Source of the DNA: a virus
Lineage: Duplodnaviria; Heunggongvirae; Uroviricota; Caudoviricetes
Reading direction: 5' to 3' (one strand)
DNA: 64,000 nucleotides
Virus record (IMG/VR): IMGVR_UViG_3300032093_000003
In this document: in pieces, positions 46,850 through 57,267 of the stretch
Position numbering within the stretch: the stretch's first letter is position 1
Layout of the letters: every line of letters begins with the position of its first letter
The notes under the pieces: model-generated
What the model was told of the DNA's origin: nothing
The model's input: only the letters and a program-made list of their open reading frames with translations
Database searches by the model: none
Position numbers and translations under genes: made by a program

Positions 46850-47950
46850 CTATAAATATGTCTCTATTTCTGTTTTAACTTTTTTTAACGCGGAGGCGAT
46901 TACTTGGTGCATATCATAATACTTATATTCCGCCAACCTACCACCAAAAATGACATTATTTTCCATTTTTGTTAAATCTTGGTACTTGTTAAATATATTT
47001 TGATTTATTAAATCATTTATTGGGTAATATGGTTCTTCATTTTTATTCCATTCAATTGGATATTCTTTTGTTATTATTGTTTTAGAAGAAATATCATTAT
47101 TAAAATGTTTGTGTTCAATAATTCTCGTAAAAGGTATTTCAATGTCTGTAAAATTTATAACTGAATGACCTTGATAATTTTCTTTGTCGAGTATTTCAGT
47201 TTCAAATCTCAATGGTCGATACTCTAAATCACCATAACAATAATTATAAAATTTGTCTACCGGTCCTGTATAAATTATTTTTCTAGATAATGAATTGAAA
47301 TATTCTCTATTTTCAAAATAGTCAACATTTTTTCGTACTTCAATATTTTCTAATAATTTTTCAAATAATTCTGTATAACCGTTTTTTGGAATTCCTTGGT
47401 ATGTGTCAAAAAAATAATTATTATCGTATGTGAATCTTACAGGTAATCTTTTTATGATAAAAGGTGGTAATTCTTTTGGGTTTTTCATCCATTGTTTTTC
47501 AGTGTAACCCTTAATTAATTTATCATATACATCTCTACCTACTAATGATAATGCTTGTTCTTCTAAATTATTGGGTACACCTCCATATCTTTGACTTTCT
47601 ATTATTTTTATCGCTTCTTCCGGATTATTGACCCCCCACAGTTTATTAAACGTAAACATATTGAAGGGTAAAGAGTATAGTTGATCTTTATGTGACGCCA
47701 AAACATGATGTCTATAATTGTTAAACTCAACAAATTTATTTACATAATCCCAAACTTCTTTATCTGAAGTATGAAATATATGTGCACCATACTTATGTAC
47801 ATTAATTTCTAAATTTTTTTCAGTATAACAATTACCACCAATATGATCTCTTTTTTCTATAACCAATACTTTTTTTCCGACATTGGTTAATTCTCTGGCA
47901 AAAATAGATCCAAAGAGACCCGATCCAACTATTAAATAATCATACATCAT
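46850..47950 (-). CDS. glf: UDP-galactopyranose mutase
   Basis: N-terminal FAD-binding YDYLIVGSGLFGSIFARELT ... KVLVIEKRDHIGGNCYTE typical of Glf. Confidence 0.85.
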   Translation of the reverse strand: MMYDYLIVGSGLFGSIFARELTNVGKKVLVIEKRDHIGGNCYTEKNLEINVHKYGAHIFHTSDKEVWDYVNKFVEFNNYRHHVLASHKDQLYSLPFNMFTFNKLWGVNNPEEAIKIIESQRYGGVPNNLEEQALSLVGRDVYDKLIKGYTEKQWMKNPKELPPFIIKRLPVRFTYDNNYFFDTYQGIPKNGYTELFEKLLENIEVRKNVDYFENREYFNSLSRKIIYTGPVDKFYNYCYGDLEYRPLRFETEILDKENYQGHSVINFTDIEIPFTRIIEHKHFNNDISSKTIITKEYPIEWNKNEEPYYPINDLINQNIFNKYQDLTKMENNVIFGGRLAEYKYYDMHQVIASALKKVKTEIETYL

Positions 47951-48584
47951 TAATTCTTTTTACCGGCCTGTTGTATGCATTTACGAATATATTATCATAA
48001 CCAAGAAATCCACCAATATTATCACTAACACTATCTATTTGAGAAATTAACAATGGATATCCACCATATTTAATAAAATTATTTTGATAAATCCACGCGT
48101 CTATTGGGACATCAACTTCTGGGTCGTATTTTAACATTTTTTCATATGCCTGTTTATTGACAGCATATGCGTGAACACAATAACATCCATGGATATACAT
48201 TAAATTATCATCAATTAAGTTTATTGGGTTATCAAAAATATTTGCACTAAAATAATAAACATCCCAATTATCTATTTTCGAAAGACTATCTAATGATTTT
48301 TCTATAAGTTCCTCCGCACCTTCTTTGAAAAAAACATCATCCTCAAAAATTAAAATATTTTCTAAATCATTATTGTAGGCATATTCAATAATATTTCTGT
48401 GTGATTTACCGCTGGCAATTACACAATTTTGAGGTGTTTTAATATCCGCCTTTATTGCTGAATATCTTTTTACAAATTTATCTAAATCAACTCTCGATAG
48501 TTCTCGTTTCATGTGATCTTGTCTATCAACTCTATCGTCTAAATTTATATAAAAAGCGTCTTTAAAAAATTCTTGTATTTTCAT
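47940..48584 (-). CDS. glycosyltransferase (family 25-like)
   Basis: N-terminal FYINLDDRVDRQDHMKRELSRV pattern resembling GT25 LPS glycosyltransferases; operon with glf. Confidence 0.4.
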   Translation of the reverse strand: MKIQEFFKDAFYINLDDRVDRQDHMKRELSRVDLDKFVKRYSAIKADIKTPQNCVIASGKSHRNIIEYAYNNDLENILIFEDDVFFKEGAEELIEKSLDSLSKIDNWDVYYFSANIFDNPINLIDDNLMYIHGCYCVHAYAVNKQAYEKMLKYDPEVDVPIDAWIYQNNFIKYGGYPLLISQIDSVSDNIGGFLGYDNIFVNAYNRPVKRINDV

Positions 48585-48590
48585 TTTTTT

Positions 48591-49820
48591 TTAAATTTTA
48601 AAATATGATGGTCTTTTCCATTCTAAATCTTCAGAGTATGGCCAAATTAATAGTTGTGTTGGTATTTGCCTATTTTTGGATCTATAAAATTTAAATGTAC
48701 GAGAATTTATTTTACCATCGATTATATCTTTATTTTCGTTATAAGTTAAATCTTCTCTATGTATTGCAATACCCCCCTGATCTAACACAATCATCGCCCA
48801 AAATCTAACATTATTTATTTTTTCAATTTTATCATAATCCCAAGAAATTGTGTCATTGAAATAAACTTGTTCATTGTCCCAACCTTCTTCAGAATTTGAA
48901 CATGGAGGTTCGATACCCTTCTCAGTATCTTTATGTACAATACATTTAACAAAATCGATTCCAGAATAATCGGTATACTCTTGTAATGTTCTTTCTTTAC
49001 CTAAACCATACATACCTAAACCAAACAAATCATTTCTACCAAGTAAACAATCTAATCTATCATGTGCAACTTTATTTAAATTCCCCCAATTATTATGGTC
49101 ACCCCAATGTTTAGGGTTATCTAACCTTTGATAAAAATGATGTACAATTGTTCTATGAGAATTATATATATTATAACCGTGTGTGAAATACCTAATCGCC
49201 ATGGCCGCTTCCTCACCCGAAAAATAAAAATCAGGATCGTATGGTACTTCTCTGTTTATTTGACCAGGACCAAAGATAAAACCTGCAGATATATAAACAC
49301 CTTTGACAGGAAAATTCTTAGATTGCCAATCTTCCATATTCATTGGTCTACTCATCGGATACTTATGATCGAACCTATAAACATTACATATTTGTGGTAC
49401 GTTATACCATTTACTTTCATCCATTTCTGGATTATAGTTTGGGGGGTATCCAGTAATGATTGCTTTTTCGTCATTTAGTGACTCCCAAATGTTTATCAAC
49501 TTTTCATCCCAATTTTCAACAAATCTCATATGTGAATCTATCTGAAGTGAAAATTTCTCATCTTTCCACAACATTTGTGTTATATTTCTGGCCCAACACG
49601 CTCCTTTTGATTCTTTGTAATCAAAATCAATTATTTCTATATTTTCATTATTTTTTATTTCATCTAAATTATCCCATATATCATCTTTTGAATGTTGCCA
49701 ACATATAACAAACCTCAAATTCTCGGGAAATTTAGATCTACTAATCGCATGTTTTATTGTTGGCAATAACTCTTTATCTCTATACGATGCGATTTGAACA
49801 AAAATTTTATTATTACTCAT
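48591..49820 (-). CDS. putative glycosyltransferase (GT-A-like; candidate galactofuranosyl- or hexosaminyl-transferase)
   Basis: 409-aa ORF in operon with glf and GT25-like gene. Confidence 0.3.
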   Translation of the reverse strand: MSNNKIFVQIASYRDKELLPTIKHAISRSKFPENLRFVICWQHSKDDIWDNLDEIKNNENIEIIDFDYKESKGACWARNITQMLWKDEKFSLQIDSHMRFVENWDEKLINIWESLNDEKAIITGYPPNYNPEMDESKWYNVPQICNVYRFDHKYPMSRPMNMEDWQSKNFPVKGVYISAGFIFGPGQINREVPYDPDFYFSGEEAAMAIRYFTHGYNIYNSHRTIVHHFYQRLDNPKHWGDHNNWGNLNKVAHDRLDCLLGRNDLFGLGMYGLGKERTLQEYTDYSGIDFVKCIVHKDTEKGIEPPCSNSEEGWDNEQVYFNDTISWDYDKIEKINNVRFWAMIVLDQGGIAIHREDLTYNENKDIIDGKINSRTFKFYRSKNRQIPTQLLIWPYSEDLEWKRPSYFKI

Positions 49821-49914
49821 ATGTCTTAAACATAAATAAAAATTGTTAAAAAGTAAAACACTATTATTTTTTTTTTCTATTTAATTTTTTTATTTTTATC
49901 TAAAATAATTACAA

Positions 49915-50283
49915 ATGAATAAAGTTTATCAACCAGTCGTATTAGAAAGATCAAATGAAATTGTTCAAAGTTTGGTCGAATCTGGATTTTTTAAAGATTA
50001 TGAATTACCAAGTACCGATTTTGCTAAAGAATATCTGTGTGAAAAATTGACAGAAAAGTTCATAGAAAATGGTTCAGATATAAATGATACGATTTTCACT
50101 GAAAACGAATTTGAGAATATTTTAAGAGTAATTGTAACTGGATCAATTTTAGGTGAATTAAAGAGAAAAGGATATATAAATTCTTATGAAGATGAAAATA
50201 CGGAAGAAACTTTTTTTCTAACCGAAGATGGTAAAGAAATGTTAAAAAACCTAAAAAGTACAGATGATAAAACTAAAGAATAG
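49915..50283 (+). CDS. hypothetical protein
   Basis: 122-aa ORF. Confidence 0.3.
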   Translation: MNKVYQPVVLERSNEIVQSLVESGFFKDYELPSTDFAKEYLCEKLTEKFIENGSDINDTIFTENEFENILRVIVTGSILGELKRKGYINSYEDENTEETFFLTEDGKEMLKNLKSTDDKTKE

Positions 50284-50613
50284 TTATTTCTTTTTTTCAT
50301 CAACTTGTTGACTAAGACTGTTCTTTTTATGTTGTCTTATTTTTTCTTTTAATTGCGATAAAATTTTTTGTGTGTTAGATAAATTTGTGGAAATAGTTGA
50401 AACTCTACCATTAGATAATGTTTTTAAACCTTCAGGAATACTATCCTCTAATTTTCTAAATTCCTTTATTGTTTCAGATAATGAGTTTTGTAACTCCTCA
50501 ATTTTATATTGCACTCTATTATATTCCTGTCTATTAACTTTGGACGTTTCCTCATTTAATAGGTCATTTAACACTTTTTTTACCGTTTCTTCTGATATTA
50601 ATCTACCTTCCAT
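50284..50613 (-). CDS. hypothetical coiled-coil protein
   Basis: 109-aa ORF. Confidence 0.3.
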   Translation of the reverse strand: MEGRLISEETVKKVLNDLLNEETSKVNRQEYNRVQYKIEELQNSLSETIKEFRKLEDSIPEGLKTLSNGRVSTISTNLSNTQKILSQLKEKIRQHKKNSLSQQVDEKKK

Positions 50614-50693
50614 AATATTATAAATACTTTTTAATCACCAATTTTTTTTATTAAAGAAAATTTCTTAAATTTAAAATACAAAAATAAATACAA

Positions 50694-51773
50694 ATGAGAA
50701 ATGTTGAATTTACATTATTTGATTTTGATGATCTACTAATTGAACCTGCACATATTTCACCAATCAGGTCCAGAAAAGAAATTAACCCAAAGTATGATAA
50801 TGGTTACTATCCATTGATGACCGCTCCGATGGATACGGTCATTTCCAAAGATAATCACAAACTTTTTGGTAATTTGGGTATTAGATCTGTAGTCCCAAGA
50901 GGTGAGGGTTATTATGATCAAAATTATAATGACACACACTTTAATTCATATGGATTAGATGAATTTAATGAAATTTTCATAAATGGTGATGTGGAAATTC
51001 TAACAGATTCCAAAATTTATGTGTTAATTGATATTGCAAATGGCCATATGAGGGCGTTATACGATTCCGCTAAGACCGCAAAGGAAAAATATGGTGATAA
51101 AATGGTCTTAATGATTGGGAATGTTGCAAACCCCAAGACTTTTGCGGAATATTGTTCAATAGGTGTCGATTATATTAGAATTGGTATAGGTAATGGTGGT
51201 GGTTGTTTAACAACTGTTCAGACTGGTGTTGGATTCCCAATGGCATCACTAATTGAAGAGTGTTATGATGTTAAAAAATATATGGAATTTCCAAATATTA
51301 AGATAGTTGCGGATGGAGGATTCAAATCATATTCTGACATCATAAAGGCACTCGCGTTAGGTGCGGATTATGTTATGTTAGGATCAATATTAAACAAATC
51401 TCTCGAAAGTTCGGGTGAAACAACTAGATTACGACAATCACATAAACCACATTTTGATCAACACATAGTGATAGACCAATATTCCGAAGAAGCTAAAAAA
51501 ATGTTTGAGGCAGGTACACCATTATTCAAAACATTTAGAGGAATGAGCACAAAAGAAGTACAAAAATCGTGGGGAAAAGAAGAATTAAAGACATCTGAAG
51601 GTGTTGTTAGAACACATAAGGTTGAATACACATTAGAAGGGTGGATTAATAATTTTGATTCATATTTGAGATCTGCGATGAGTTATACAGGAAAAAAAGA
51701 ACTCCACGAATTTATCGGTGGAGTTCAGTTGAATTTCATAAGTCAAAATTCCTATAAGAGATTTAGTAAATAA
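50694..51773 (+). CDS. IMP dehydrogenase/GMP reductase-family enzyme (GMP reductase-like)
   Basis: Catalytic loop GIGNGGGCLTTVQTGVGFP and phosphate-binding ADGGFKSYSDIIKALALGADYVMLGS. Confidence 0.7.
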   Translation: MRNVEFTLFDFDDLLIEPAHISPIRSRKEINPKYDNGYYPLMTAPMDTVISKDNHKLFGNLGIRSVVPRGEGYYDQNYNDTHFNSYGLDEFNEIFINGDVEILTDSKIYVLIDIANGHMRALYDSAKTAKEKYGDKMVLMIGNVANPKTFAEYCSIGVDYIRIGIGNGGGCLTTVQTGVGFPMASLIEECYDVKKYMEFPNIKIVADGGFKSYSDIIKALALGADYVMLGSILNKSLESSGETTRLRQSHKPHFDQHIVIDQYSEEAKKMFEAGTPLFKTFRGMSTKEVQKSWGKEELKTSEGVVRTHKVEYTLEGWINNFDSYLRSAMSYTGKKELHEFIGGVQLNFISQNSYKRFSK

Positions 51774-52010
51774 TTATACTCTGAATTCTCTATCTTCAGA
51801 ACTTGATAATTCTTTATCTCTCTTCATACCTTCTTTGATATAACTTCTAATAAGTCTTGAAACGGTTACCTTTTTCTTATCCGCAACTTTTTCAATCTCC
51901 TTATAATAAGCGGGAACAACTCTAAATGACAACATTTGAATGAGTTGTTTGTGCTTTGGTAAACTAGAACCTTCAGGTTGTTTTTCTTCTTTTGATGCTT
52001 TTGATGCCAT
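51774..52010 (-). CDS. hypothetical small protein (possible ribbon-helix-helix DNA-binding)
   Basis: 78-aa ORF. Confidence 0.25.
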   Translation of the reverse strand: MASKASKEEKQPEGSSLPKHKQLIQMLSFRVVPAYYKEIEKVADKKKVTVSRLIRSYIKEGMKRDKELSSSEDREFRV

Positions 52011-52079
52011 TATACACTTTTTTTATAAATATTTGGTTTTTCGGTAATTTTTAATTATTTTAATAAAAACAACATATAT

Positions 52080-52439
52080 ATGTCAGAAGAAAAATCTACA
52101 GTAAATCCCGCAATTAAGGAAATCGAGGAAAAATACCCCGAAATGACTAAAGAATTCAAAAGAATTATGAGAGAACAATATGAAATGTTCTGTAAAAAAC
52201 AATTAACTTACGGTACAGGAAATATTTCCGTGGGAACGAGGTTGGAAACACCCGAAGAAGTTAAATTATCCCAAACAGGTCTTTGGTTTAGAAAAATGGA
52301 CAAAATAAACAGATTAAAACAGTTAGTTTTGTTGAATAAAGAGGATGTAGTTAGTGAAACCGTAGAAGATACGTATTCAGACCTATCGGTTTACTCAATT
52401 ATCTCACAAATCGTTAGTAGGGGTAAATGGGGAAAATAA
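52080..52439 (+). CDS. hypothetical protein
   Basis: 119-aa ORF followed by terminator. Confidence 0.3.
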   Translation: MSEEKSTVNPAIKEIEEKYPEMTKEFKRIMREQYEMFCKKQLTYGTGNISVGTRLETPEEVKLSQTGLWFRKMDKINRLKQLVLLNKEDVVSETVEDTYSDLSVYSIISQIVSRGKWGK

Positions 52440-52496
52440 AAGGGATATATATATCCCTTTTTTTTATTTAAAAATATTTATAATAAACGAAAAGAT

Positions 52497-52847
52497 ATGA
52501 CAGTCAATGTGAATCACCCAACTTTTATTGCATTTTTAGAACAAGTAACTAATAAGATCCTATCTTCCACACAGGTTGAAAATTACTTTAAATTAACACC
52601 AGAAAAAAAATTACGTGTTCAATATATGGTGTTTAAATTAATGAAAAATTCAACAAAAATGAGAGGAAAATTTAATGATTCTGAATTAAAAAGTTTTGTA
52701 ATGATTTTATGTAAAAAAAATGAAGATGATGAGAATTATGAATTTTCTGCAATATTGAATGACATACATAATAATTTTGATAAGATAAATGATGTTACAA
52801 AAATAAAAACTAAAACCAATAAACCAATAAAAGTAGAAACAAAGTAA
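52497..52847 (+). CDS. hypothetical protein
   Basis: 116-aa ORF. Confidence 0.3.
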   Translation: MTVNVNHPTFIAFLEQVTNKILSSTQVENYFKLTPEKKLRVQYMVFKLMKNSTKMRGKFNDSELKSFVMILCKKNEDDENYEFSAILNDIHNNFDKINDVTKIKTKTNKPIKVETK

Positions 52848-52849
52848 CT

Positions 52850-53245
52850 ATGAAAAACAAAACTGCGGATTTTGATGCAAAGAAAAAGTGTGCGGTTTTA
52901 GCAATGAAATGGTGTAAAACAAATTTGGGTGTCAATAAAAAGAAAAAAAATAAAATAAAGATATCTATTAGAGTTAGACCCAAAAAAGAAGGAAATTATT
53001 TCTTCTATGGTGACTTTAATTCAAAAGAGAATAAAATTATAGTATATGGTGCAAACGAACAAAGCTTAGACGATATTGTTTCAACCGTTATACACGAATA
53101 TACACATTATCTACAGTCAACTAAAAAATATTGGGAATATTTTGAAACACATTATTACTCAACACACCCTTACGAAAGACAGGCAAAAAGGAATGAAATA
53201 AAGTATACATCAGAATGTTTAAAAGAGATAAAGAAATTAATTTAA
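52850..53245 (+). CDS. hypothetical protein with HExxH motif (VIHEYTHYLQ)
   Basis: 131-aa ORF. Confidence 0.3.
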   Translation: MKNKTADFDAKKKCAVLAMKWCKTNLGVNKKKKNKIKISIRVRPKKEGNYFFYGDFNSKENKIIVYGANEQSLDDIVSTVIHEYTHYLQSTKKYWEYFETHYYSTHPYERQAKRNEIKYTSECLKEIKKLI

Positions 53246-53437
53246 TATCTCTAGTTCGGGTATTTCTCTTAAAAACAATAAAAGATCATCCTCATTATGT
53301 CTGTGTTTTACCACTAAATCACAATTCCAATAATTTTTAATATCTTGGACAAATCCTTCCTTAATTCTATCATTTTTTACCTTTCTATAGATCCAATATA
53401 ATCTATTTTGGTAATTTACAAATTCTTTAGGATACAT
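53237..53437 (-). CDS. hypothetical small protein
   Basis: 66-aa ORF. Confidence 0.25.
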   Translation of the reverse strand: MYPKEFVNYQNRLYWIYRKVKNDRIKEGFVQDIKNYWNCDLVVKHRHNEDDLLLFLREIPELEILN

Positions 53438-54008
53438 TGTTATTAATTATATAATTAAAAATATCCACATGTGTCGTATCATTGACTTCAAATTCAACAA
53501 ATGGGATATTATAGGTTATTAGTTTATTTTTGATGTCCCCATCAATTTCTTTTGCCTCTTCTAATTTTTGAAATCTACCATTTTCATCATACGAACTATC
53601 GTTTCTCGTTAGTAATATATTAAAATTCCTATATTTTTTAAATAATTGTAATATAAAAAAATCAAAAGAATTATCATAAAACATTGCAGGATATTCTGGT
53701 TCAGTGTTATATCTTTCTTTGTAGACCATACCCAAAATTATTGGAGAATCTACTATAATATATTTGACTTTATTATATAACCTACTTATGTTTCTATGTT
53801 GATTTGCGGTAATGTAGAATTGATCTTTAATTGCCGAATAATTCTCTTCCCAAGAGACTATTTTAGGAAATTCATAAGTTAACTCAACATCCATGTGTTG
53901 TTTTTTCATTTCAGTAAATAAACCTGCCGATTGTGTTGATTTACCTATACCAGGACCACCAAAAAAATTTATTATTAAACTCATAAGATAATATAACAAA
54001 TTAGACAC
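53427..54008 (-). CDS. P-loop (d)NMP kinase-like protein
   Basis: FGGPGIGKSTQ Walker A resembling adenylate/thymidylate kinase P-loops. Confidence 0.45.
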   Translation of the reverse strand: MSNLLYYLMSLIINFFGGPGIGKSTQSAGLFTEMKKQHMDVELTYEFPKIVSWEENYSAIKDQFYITANQHRNISRLYNKVKYIIVDSPIILGMVYKERYNTEPEYPAMFYDNSFDFFILQLFKKYRNFNILLTRNDSSYDENGRFQKLEEAKEIDGDIKNKLITYNIPFVEFEVNDTTHVDIFNYIINNNVS

Positions 54009-54092
54009 AAATTACCAAATGAAAATTAGACATTTATATATTTGTTTATATTTATTGGAATAAATGTTAATCACACCCTGAAATAAAGAAAT

Positions 54093-54713
54093 ATGGACAC
54101 AAATATTAGTATGTTAGGTGCAATAATAGTTGCGGTAATTTCAACAATAATAGGACCAACTATTATGGAATATGTTAAACAAAAGTTTAGAAAGAAAAAA
54201 GGTGATTTAATAAAAAAAGATTTAGAAAAAAATGTAATTGTTGATCAAGAATTGAGATCCATATCTGAGGTATTAGATGCCGATAGAGTTTGGATAACAC
54301 AATTCCATAACGGAGGTCATTTTTTACTTTCAAATAAATCTATTCAAAAATTTTCAATAACATATGAAATAACAAAAATTGGTGTTAGTCCAGCGAGTCA
54401 AGTTTTTAAAGATATTCCCATATCTTTATATTCAAGAGCAATGAATAAAATTTTAGAAGATGGTTACATTTATGTTTCCGATTTTGATAATCCTTGTATA
54501 GAATCATATTGTTTAAAAAGTGCGGCATATGCCACCGGAACTAAGTCCAGTTATATTGTGGCATTAAATGATATTGTGACCGACAGGTGTATCGGTACAA
54601 TTGGTGTTGAATATTGTAATAAAAAAGAGTTGCACCAAGACGAAATTGAATTTATAACAGAAAAAAGTAATAGAATTGCGGGATATCTATCAGTATTTTT
54701 AAAAGAGAAATAA
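54093..54713 (+). CDS. hypothetical membrane-anchored protein
   Basis: N-terminal TM helix. Confidence 0.3.
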   Translation: MDTNISMLGAIIVAVISTIIGPTIMEYVKQKFRKKKGDLIKKDLEKNVIVDQELRSISEVLDADRVWITQFHNGGHFLLSNKSIQKFSITYEITKIGVSPASQVFKDIPISLYSRAMNKILEDGYIYVSDFDNPCIESYCLKSAAYATGTKSSYIVALNDIVTDRCIGTIGVEYCNKKELHQDEIEFITEKSNRIAGYLSVFLKEK

Positions 54714-54760
54714 ATATCTTTTTAATTTAAAAAGATATTTATCAATATATTTATGTTTTT

Positions 54761-56320
54761 ATGAAAATAAAAAATTTGATTTATGATTTATTGTTAGAGG
54801 AAGTTAAAAACAAAAAACTTCTTGACTATCTCTCAAACAAATGGTTTGGTGAAAATCCAACACAGGAACAAAGAATAGAATCTGAAAAACTATATACTGA
54901 ATTCCAAAAAATACAAAACGGTCTGTCAACAAAAAGACCTCAAGTAATTTCATTTTTAACTCGTTTTGATGGTAATCACGGTTTTAGTGTGTTTGATCCA
55001 AATAATCTTAGAGATATTACAAAATATACGTTACAACAAATAAGATCATTAGTTGACGAATATAGAGATGATGATTTGGATCTTGGAGGAGATGTTTTTT
55101 CTGGTAAAGACACAAAACCAACGACCGAAAGATTAGATGCTTCTAAATCACTATGGGAAGGAGATCAAAATTTAATAATAAATGAAGGCGGTCTTAGGGT
55201 TTATGACATTAAAGATCAAAAAATGTCAGTTAAGTATGGTTATTATGTTGAAAATGTAAATAAAGACCAAGGTGGTACCATGCCGTGGTGTGTGACATGG
55301 AGACCTGATCAACCAAATAGAACAAATATGTGGGGTCATTACAGAAGTCAAGGAAGAAGTTTTTATTTTGTTATTGATACCAACAAAAACCCTAAAAAAG
55401 ACAGATATTATTTAGGTGCATTACAAAGAGTAAAAAGTAACACAACTGGTTTTATTTTAACATCTGTTTTAAATGATGGTGATAATACAATGTCTTGGGA
55501 TCAAATAATTGGAATATATCCACAATTAAAAAATTATAAAGAATTATTCATAGAAAAACCATATAGTCAAGATGAATTGGAGGAAAAAAATATTGTAGGT
55601 CAAATTACAGAAAGACCAGGTAGTCAATATGAATTTAGAAGAATGGATAGACAACTTAAAAAGGCATATATCAATAATCTAGGTACTTTAACTTTACCTG
55701 AATCTTGGCAATCAATGGACGAAAAACTAAGAGCACTTTATATTACAACAACTAGAGAAAATGATATAACCAATAAATTTAGTAATTTATCATTTGTAAA
55801 TGAAATAAAAAAAGTTGGTAACGAATACACTTTACTTAAAAATAGATTAATTGCCCTTAAAAAGAGTCCCGGTTTCATTATTGAACATTTAATGAAAAAT
55901 GAATTTGATATCGTTATGAGAAATGTTGCTAATGATAATATCAAATTATTACAAAGTAAAAACACAAGAAAATATGGTTTATTCGATTCGTTAAAAAACG
56001 ATTGGGTAAAATTAAATGGTGTTGAATATTTTGTTAATTATCAAAAAATAGATCATAAAATAGTTGAGGACGATAATGGAACCGAATATTTCCTTCATGT
56101 ATTTTCAACATCACCAGAACCAAATCAACAATCATTTTATTGTTTATATGATTCAAATAGTGAAGTATCTAGTGGACAAATACAAGATTCTTATTTTGTA
56201 TCTAAAAATAAATGGGACGATTTAATCAAATCAGAGAAAATAATCGATGATGAAATGATGGCAACATCTAAAGATGTTGATTTGGGTACAGATTCCGACA
56301 TAAAAGAAATGTTTAAATAA
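54761..56320 (+). CDS. hypothetical protein, divergent paralog family member (GGTMPWCVTW motif)
   Basis: Motif block related to NT.WCT family. Confidence 0.35.
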   Translation: MKIKNLIYDLLLEEVKNKKLLDYLSNKWFGENPTQEQRIESEKLYTEFQKIQNGLSTKRPQVISFLTRFDGNHGFSVFDPNNLRDITKYTLQQIRSLVDEYRDDDLDLGGDVFSGKDTKPTTERLDASKSLWEGDQNLIINEGGLRVYDIKDQKMSVKYGYYVENVNKDQGGTMPWCVTWRPDQPNRTNMWGHYRSQGRSFYFVIDTNKNPKKDRYYLGALQRVKSNTTGFILTSVLNDGDNTMSWDQIIGIYPQLKNYKELFIEKPYSQDELEEKNIVGQITERPGSQYEFRRMDRQLKKAYINNLGTLTLPESWQSMDEKLRALYITTTRENDITNKFSNLSFVNEIKKVGNEYTLLKNRLIALKKSPGFIIEHLMKNEFDIVMRNVANDNIKLLQSKNTRKYGLFDSLKNDWVKLNGVEYFVNYQKIDHKIVEDDNGTEYFLHVFSTSPEPNQQSFYCLYDSNSEVSSGQIQDSYFVSKNKWDDLIKSEKIIDDEMMATSKDVDLGTDSDIKEMFK

Positions 56321-56321
56321 T

Positions 56322-56351
56322 AAAAAAGGGAGGTTAACCTCCCTTTTTTAT
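56322..56351. terminator. bidirectional intrinsic terminator between convergent genes
   Basis: AAAAAAGGGAGGTTAACCTCCCTTTTTTAT. Confidence 0.55.
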
Positions 56352-56947
56352 TTAAGTAAACTATAGTACTCTTTAAAGTGTTTAATTCTATCAGGTAATC
56401 CAATAGTTCCACCATTTACTCTTTTCGTAATTGAAGTAACATCAACATCAGTAGCACCTTTATCGGCTAATGTGTTTAATCCATTTTTACCCCAAAACCA
56501 AGCCGCAGATAGTAATGGATATTTTGTCGCAACTAAATCAGGATTTTCTAAAATGTTTTCAGTAACAACTTTATCAAATTCAGTATAATTTGCTTTACCG
56601 GTTAATTGGATATAACCTCTGCCGCGAAATTTATAACCTTCTTTTGTTGGTTCAGCACCATTACCCATTCTTCCACCATAAACTCTCGATGCAATTAGTT
56701 CAGGTTTTCTTTCATACTGTTCTGCAAGTGCCTGAGTTGGGAAATACTTTTTAAACGTAGTTAATAAACCTTTTGCCCCGTAATTAAGGTTCTCGTTTAC
56801 AAACTTAAATCCACCACTTTCATGTCCACACTGAGCAAGAAAATGAGATAATCTCAAGGGTGTGTTTATGTTAAATTTAGCCATAACATCGGGAATTTGT
56901 CCGATCACTGTGTCAGGAACATGTCCTTTTAATTTGTTTAAATCCAT
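56348..56947 (-). CDS. endolysin, glycoside hydrolase family 19-like
   Basis: FLAQCGHESGGF motif characteristic of phage GH19 lysins; adjacent holin/spanin-like genes. Confidence 0.75.
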   Translation of the reverse strand: MDLNKLKGHVPDTVIGQIPDVMAKFNINTPLRLSHFLAQCGHESGGFKFVNENLNYGAKGLLTTFKKYFPTQALAEQYERKPELIASRVYGGRMGNGAEPTKEGYKFRGRGYIQLTGKANYTEFDKVVTENILENPDLVATKYPLLSAAWFWGKNGLNTLADKGATDVDVTSITKRVNGGTIGLPDRIKHFKEYYSLLK

Positions 56948-56973
56948 TGTTTTTTGTTTTTATTTATTGTTTA

Positions 56974-57246
56974 TTATTCTACTGTTTCTTCATTTGTTTC
57001 TTCTGCCGGTTTACCATGTTTCATAACGATAAATTTATCAACTGAGGCAATACCAAATGACCCCAATGTCATAATTAGGAACGAATTAAAGATGAAGTCT
57101 GTAACTAATAATTCTTTACCTAAAGAACCTGTTACGATGTCTGCAACGGCAAATATTACCATTACAACAAAAGATGCAAAACCAACAACCGATTTTTCAT
57201 TTATATCGTTGTTGTCACTAAATAAATTTTTAAAAAATTTTTTCAT
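56974..57246 (-). CDS. holin candidate (2 TM)
   Basis: 90 aa with two hydrophobic helices, immediately upstream of endolysin. Confidence 0.4.
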   Translation of the reverse strand: MKKFFKNLFSDNNDINEKSVVGFASFVVMVIFAVADIVTGSLGKELLVTDFIFNSFLIMTLGSFGIASVDKFIVMKHGKPAEETNEETVE

Positions 57247-57267
57247 AGGATACGGATTTTATTTTTA

